Assembly: GCA_010093815.1 (NCBI GenBank)
Contig: ML996567.1
Length of the DNA stretch: 64,000 nt
From: Pseudovirgaria hyperparasitica
Lineage: Eukaryota
Reading direction: 5' to 3' (one strand)
Below, in pieces: positions 61,782-64,000 of the stretch (the first letter of the stretch is position 1; each line of letters starts with the position of its first letter). Below the pieces are notes generated by a model. It had not been told where the DNA came from, did no database searches, and was given only the letters and a program-made list of their open reading frames with translations. Made by a program: the position numbers and the translations under genes.

Positions 61782-62078
61782 TCATGACGAGTGAACTTTC
61801 TGTTCTCGCATCTTGTTTTGTATTTGAGCCTGGAAGACTTGTACCTCCTCCAATTTTCAGCCTAGTGCTTCCGTTACCAAGCCCACTGAGGCTCTTACGG
61901 CGTTTTCCGTCTCGGCTTGACACCGTCTACCAGGAATCTTATTCTTCCGCTGTCTAGCCCATGATTCGATGGACCAATTGCAACCTTCGATATGGATATC
62001 AACAAACCCTGCAACGCAGCCAGCCCGGATGTCAGCGCATGAATGATCTTGAAACAAGCTACTATGGATATCAGGCAT
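61782..62078 (-). pseudogene. Decayed C-terminal fragment of a LaeA-like (LLM) SAM methyltransferase
   Basis: AGFVDIHIEGCNWSIESWARQRKNKIPGRRCQ...GLVTEALG*KLEEVQVFQAQIQNKMREQKVH follows the family pattern as I recall it (AGFVDV..K.PIG.W.KD.K.K.IG...LFTRVLGWS.EEVQVFLA.VR.E.....H), with TGA at the conserved Trp (61857-61859). No intact N-terminal half is seen. Confidence 0.55.
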
Positions 62079-63135
62079 TCGAAGCGTAACTCACATGAAG
62101 TTTTAGGATCAATGCGATGCTATCCACCATGAGAGGGTCAATTGACCAAGTTCTTTACTGAGAGTCATCAAGAAGACCAGGACAAAGGCTACAGAACTGA
62201 GTTATGTGTCCTCCTATACGTAATATGACTGATTGAGAAGCACCAGACATCTTGTATAGTTCGTGACGAGACTTTTCTCATCCGGCCATCCTTAGCTGTT
62301 GGCGATCAACCTCGCTGCTCCCAACGTACGCGAGGTGGTCCGGGTAGCGATAAGGCATCTGCATCAGCCGCGTGTGAAGACGACGCGGACATCAGGGGGG
62401 TTCAGGAAATCGGGTTCGCTAAGTCTTCCGCAGAGAGTCCGGGCCGGTGTCAAGGAGGTCGAAATAGCATAGCATGATGGTACAAGTTTTGCTGATTAAG
62501 TGAGTTCACGGAGGGCGGAGCGGGACACACCTGGGCAGATCACTAGTTCCAACGGCTGCTCCCGCGGCGTGGTTCCACTAGATGTTGCGGGCCACATGCA
62601 CAGGGTCATGCAACAACAATGTCATGGGAATCAGGTTCTGTCATTGGAAGATGGATTGACAAGCCTTTGCAGCTTTGAAGCAACATCAATCTACAGCGGC
62701 TACGTAAGTAATAAAGGTCGGTAATATGGATCCTACATGCTCTTAGAATGCTCGTTGATTGAATAATAGCAGCAAAAACTGCCAACATGCTAAAGATGCC
62801 CCCTGTCTGCATTTCAGGAGTGAAAACGGTCACATACTGCTACCTACATGGCGTCAGGTATATATAATAACAATAATGATGATGATGCATATTTCAGCTT
62901 TTGATGGGCATACCTATATGGTCAGCAGACACAAGCGTGCTCTGGCGAATAAGGCATCAGGAAAGACTTCCCTGCGCTAGCCCAATACATCTAGTCAAAA
63001 AATACGGTGCCTTTGACAAAACCTTCTCGGCGCTGCCCGCAATTCGCACTTTGGGACGATGATTTGTCGCGCAAATAGGTCGCGTTATTTGCCTATTGCA
63101 CTCCTTCACAGGAAACTGGACTACGGTTAATCAAG

Positions 63136-63968
63136 ATGGTTGAGAAGACTTACGTTACCTATAATCAGGTATGCTCTCTCTCACCTTGTTCGCCCCGCAA
63201 GCACACGAGCAAGAGCTTCGGGCTAGGCCCCCTCTGGTGAAGACAGAAATTTATTTTGCTGCCACAGGTTCACAAGCTCTGCCAGGAGTCTGCAGACAGA
63301 ATTCTCGATGACTTCAAACCCAATCTCATGGTCGCTATTGGCGGCGGAGGCTTTGTTCCCGCTCGTATCCTTCGGTAAATTTATGCGCCGTTCCCATCCT
63401 CGATGCGTATCCTGACACTTTCTCAGATCTTTCTTGAAGAAGCCTGGCAGCCCAAACATCCCTATCCAAGCTATCGGTCTCTCCCTGTACGAACAATTCG
63501 ACAACTCGGGCCCAGTCGAGACTCCTGGCACAAAGGTGACCCGCACACAATGGCTGGACAAAAGCCTGGAGACCGCTGGAGTGACAACTCTCATTGGCAA
63601 AAATGTTCTGATCGTCGACGAGGTTGACGATACCCGTACTACACTAGAATATGCAGTCAAAGAACTGCAGAAGGATGTAGAGAAAGAGTCGGAAGAGGCT
63701 GCAAAGCGCGGCGAAGACGTAAAGAAGACTACTTTCAGCGTCTTTGTGCTTCACAACAAGGACAAACCCAAAAAGGGCAAGCTACCGAGCGAGCTGCTCG
63801 ACGGAGGGAAGTATTATGCTGCGAAGACTACCGGTGACGTTTGGATATGCTACCCATGGGAGGCAACGTAAGTCAAGCTACGTTGCATCACCCGGCATAC
63901 TCCGCGCTAACAGCTTTAGGGATATTGATGAGCATGACCGCTTGTCTGCTGCAGAGACCAATGCATGA
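63136..63968 (+). CDS. XPT1: Xanthine/hypoxanthine-guanine phosphoribosyltransferase
   Basis: Exons 63136-63168, 63268-63374, 63427-63867, 63920-63968. MVEKTYVTYNQVHKLCQ, AIGGGGFVPARILRSFLK, PRPP-binding VLIVDEVDDTRTTL, VLHNKDKPK, WICYPWE. XPT1 and HPT1 cannot be told apart here. Confidence 0.9.
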
Positions 63969-64000
63969 AACAGGAGTCAAGTGCATACGCATACACTAGA

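Noticed and set aside
63169..63267. XPT1 intron 1 lacks an obvious CTRAC branch point and contains CTTCGG (possible structured regulatory RNA)
   Set aside because: The flanking stem is weak; no supportable structure can be seen by eye.
47737..63968. ISN1 and XPT1 as a purine-salvage cluster
   Set aside because: About 14 kb apart with four unrelated genes between them; no evidence of clustering.

Overview
Eukaryotic DNA from a filamentous ascomycete: short GT-AG introns with CTRAC-type branch points and Pezizomycotina-type genes. Dothideomycete affinity is only my impression. I reconstructed about 20 spliced protein genes by hand: NST1, RHO2, mito-ribosomal mL40, AGM1/PCM1, seipin, NDC80, PEX14, one orphan, a Zn2Cys6 TF, TBP, a FAD amine oxidase, OMS1-like MTase, GDS1-like, ETR1, ISN1, MED17, a DUF2235/Tle1-like hydrolase, a HET-domain gene, an Sfl1-like HSF factor and XPT1/HPT1. 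Several carry 6-15 nt microexons. There is also a rearranged, RIP-like mutated Ty1/copia remnant, two probable pseudogenes, many microsatellites and one 60-N gap. No rRNA, tRNA or CRISPR was recognised. Most interesting: (1) a tandem array of three tiny same-strand ORFs (60, 44, 73 aa; 12505-13851) sharing a CCxC-x10-C-x2/6-C-x-H-x4-C-x2-C putative double-zinc motif, inside a 4.8 kb region that otherwise looks intergenic; (2) an AUG-free ~890 nt TBP leader with a duplicated hairpin motif and a possible pseudoknot; (3) recurrent kb-scale C/A-rich to G/T-rich skew switches independent of gene orientation; (4) a copia relic with a PPT-LTR-PBS junction and an internal inversion; (5) an intron in the HSF DNA-binding domain lacking AG at the expected acceptor. 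All family calls come from remembered motifs; no database search was run.
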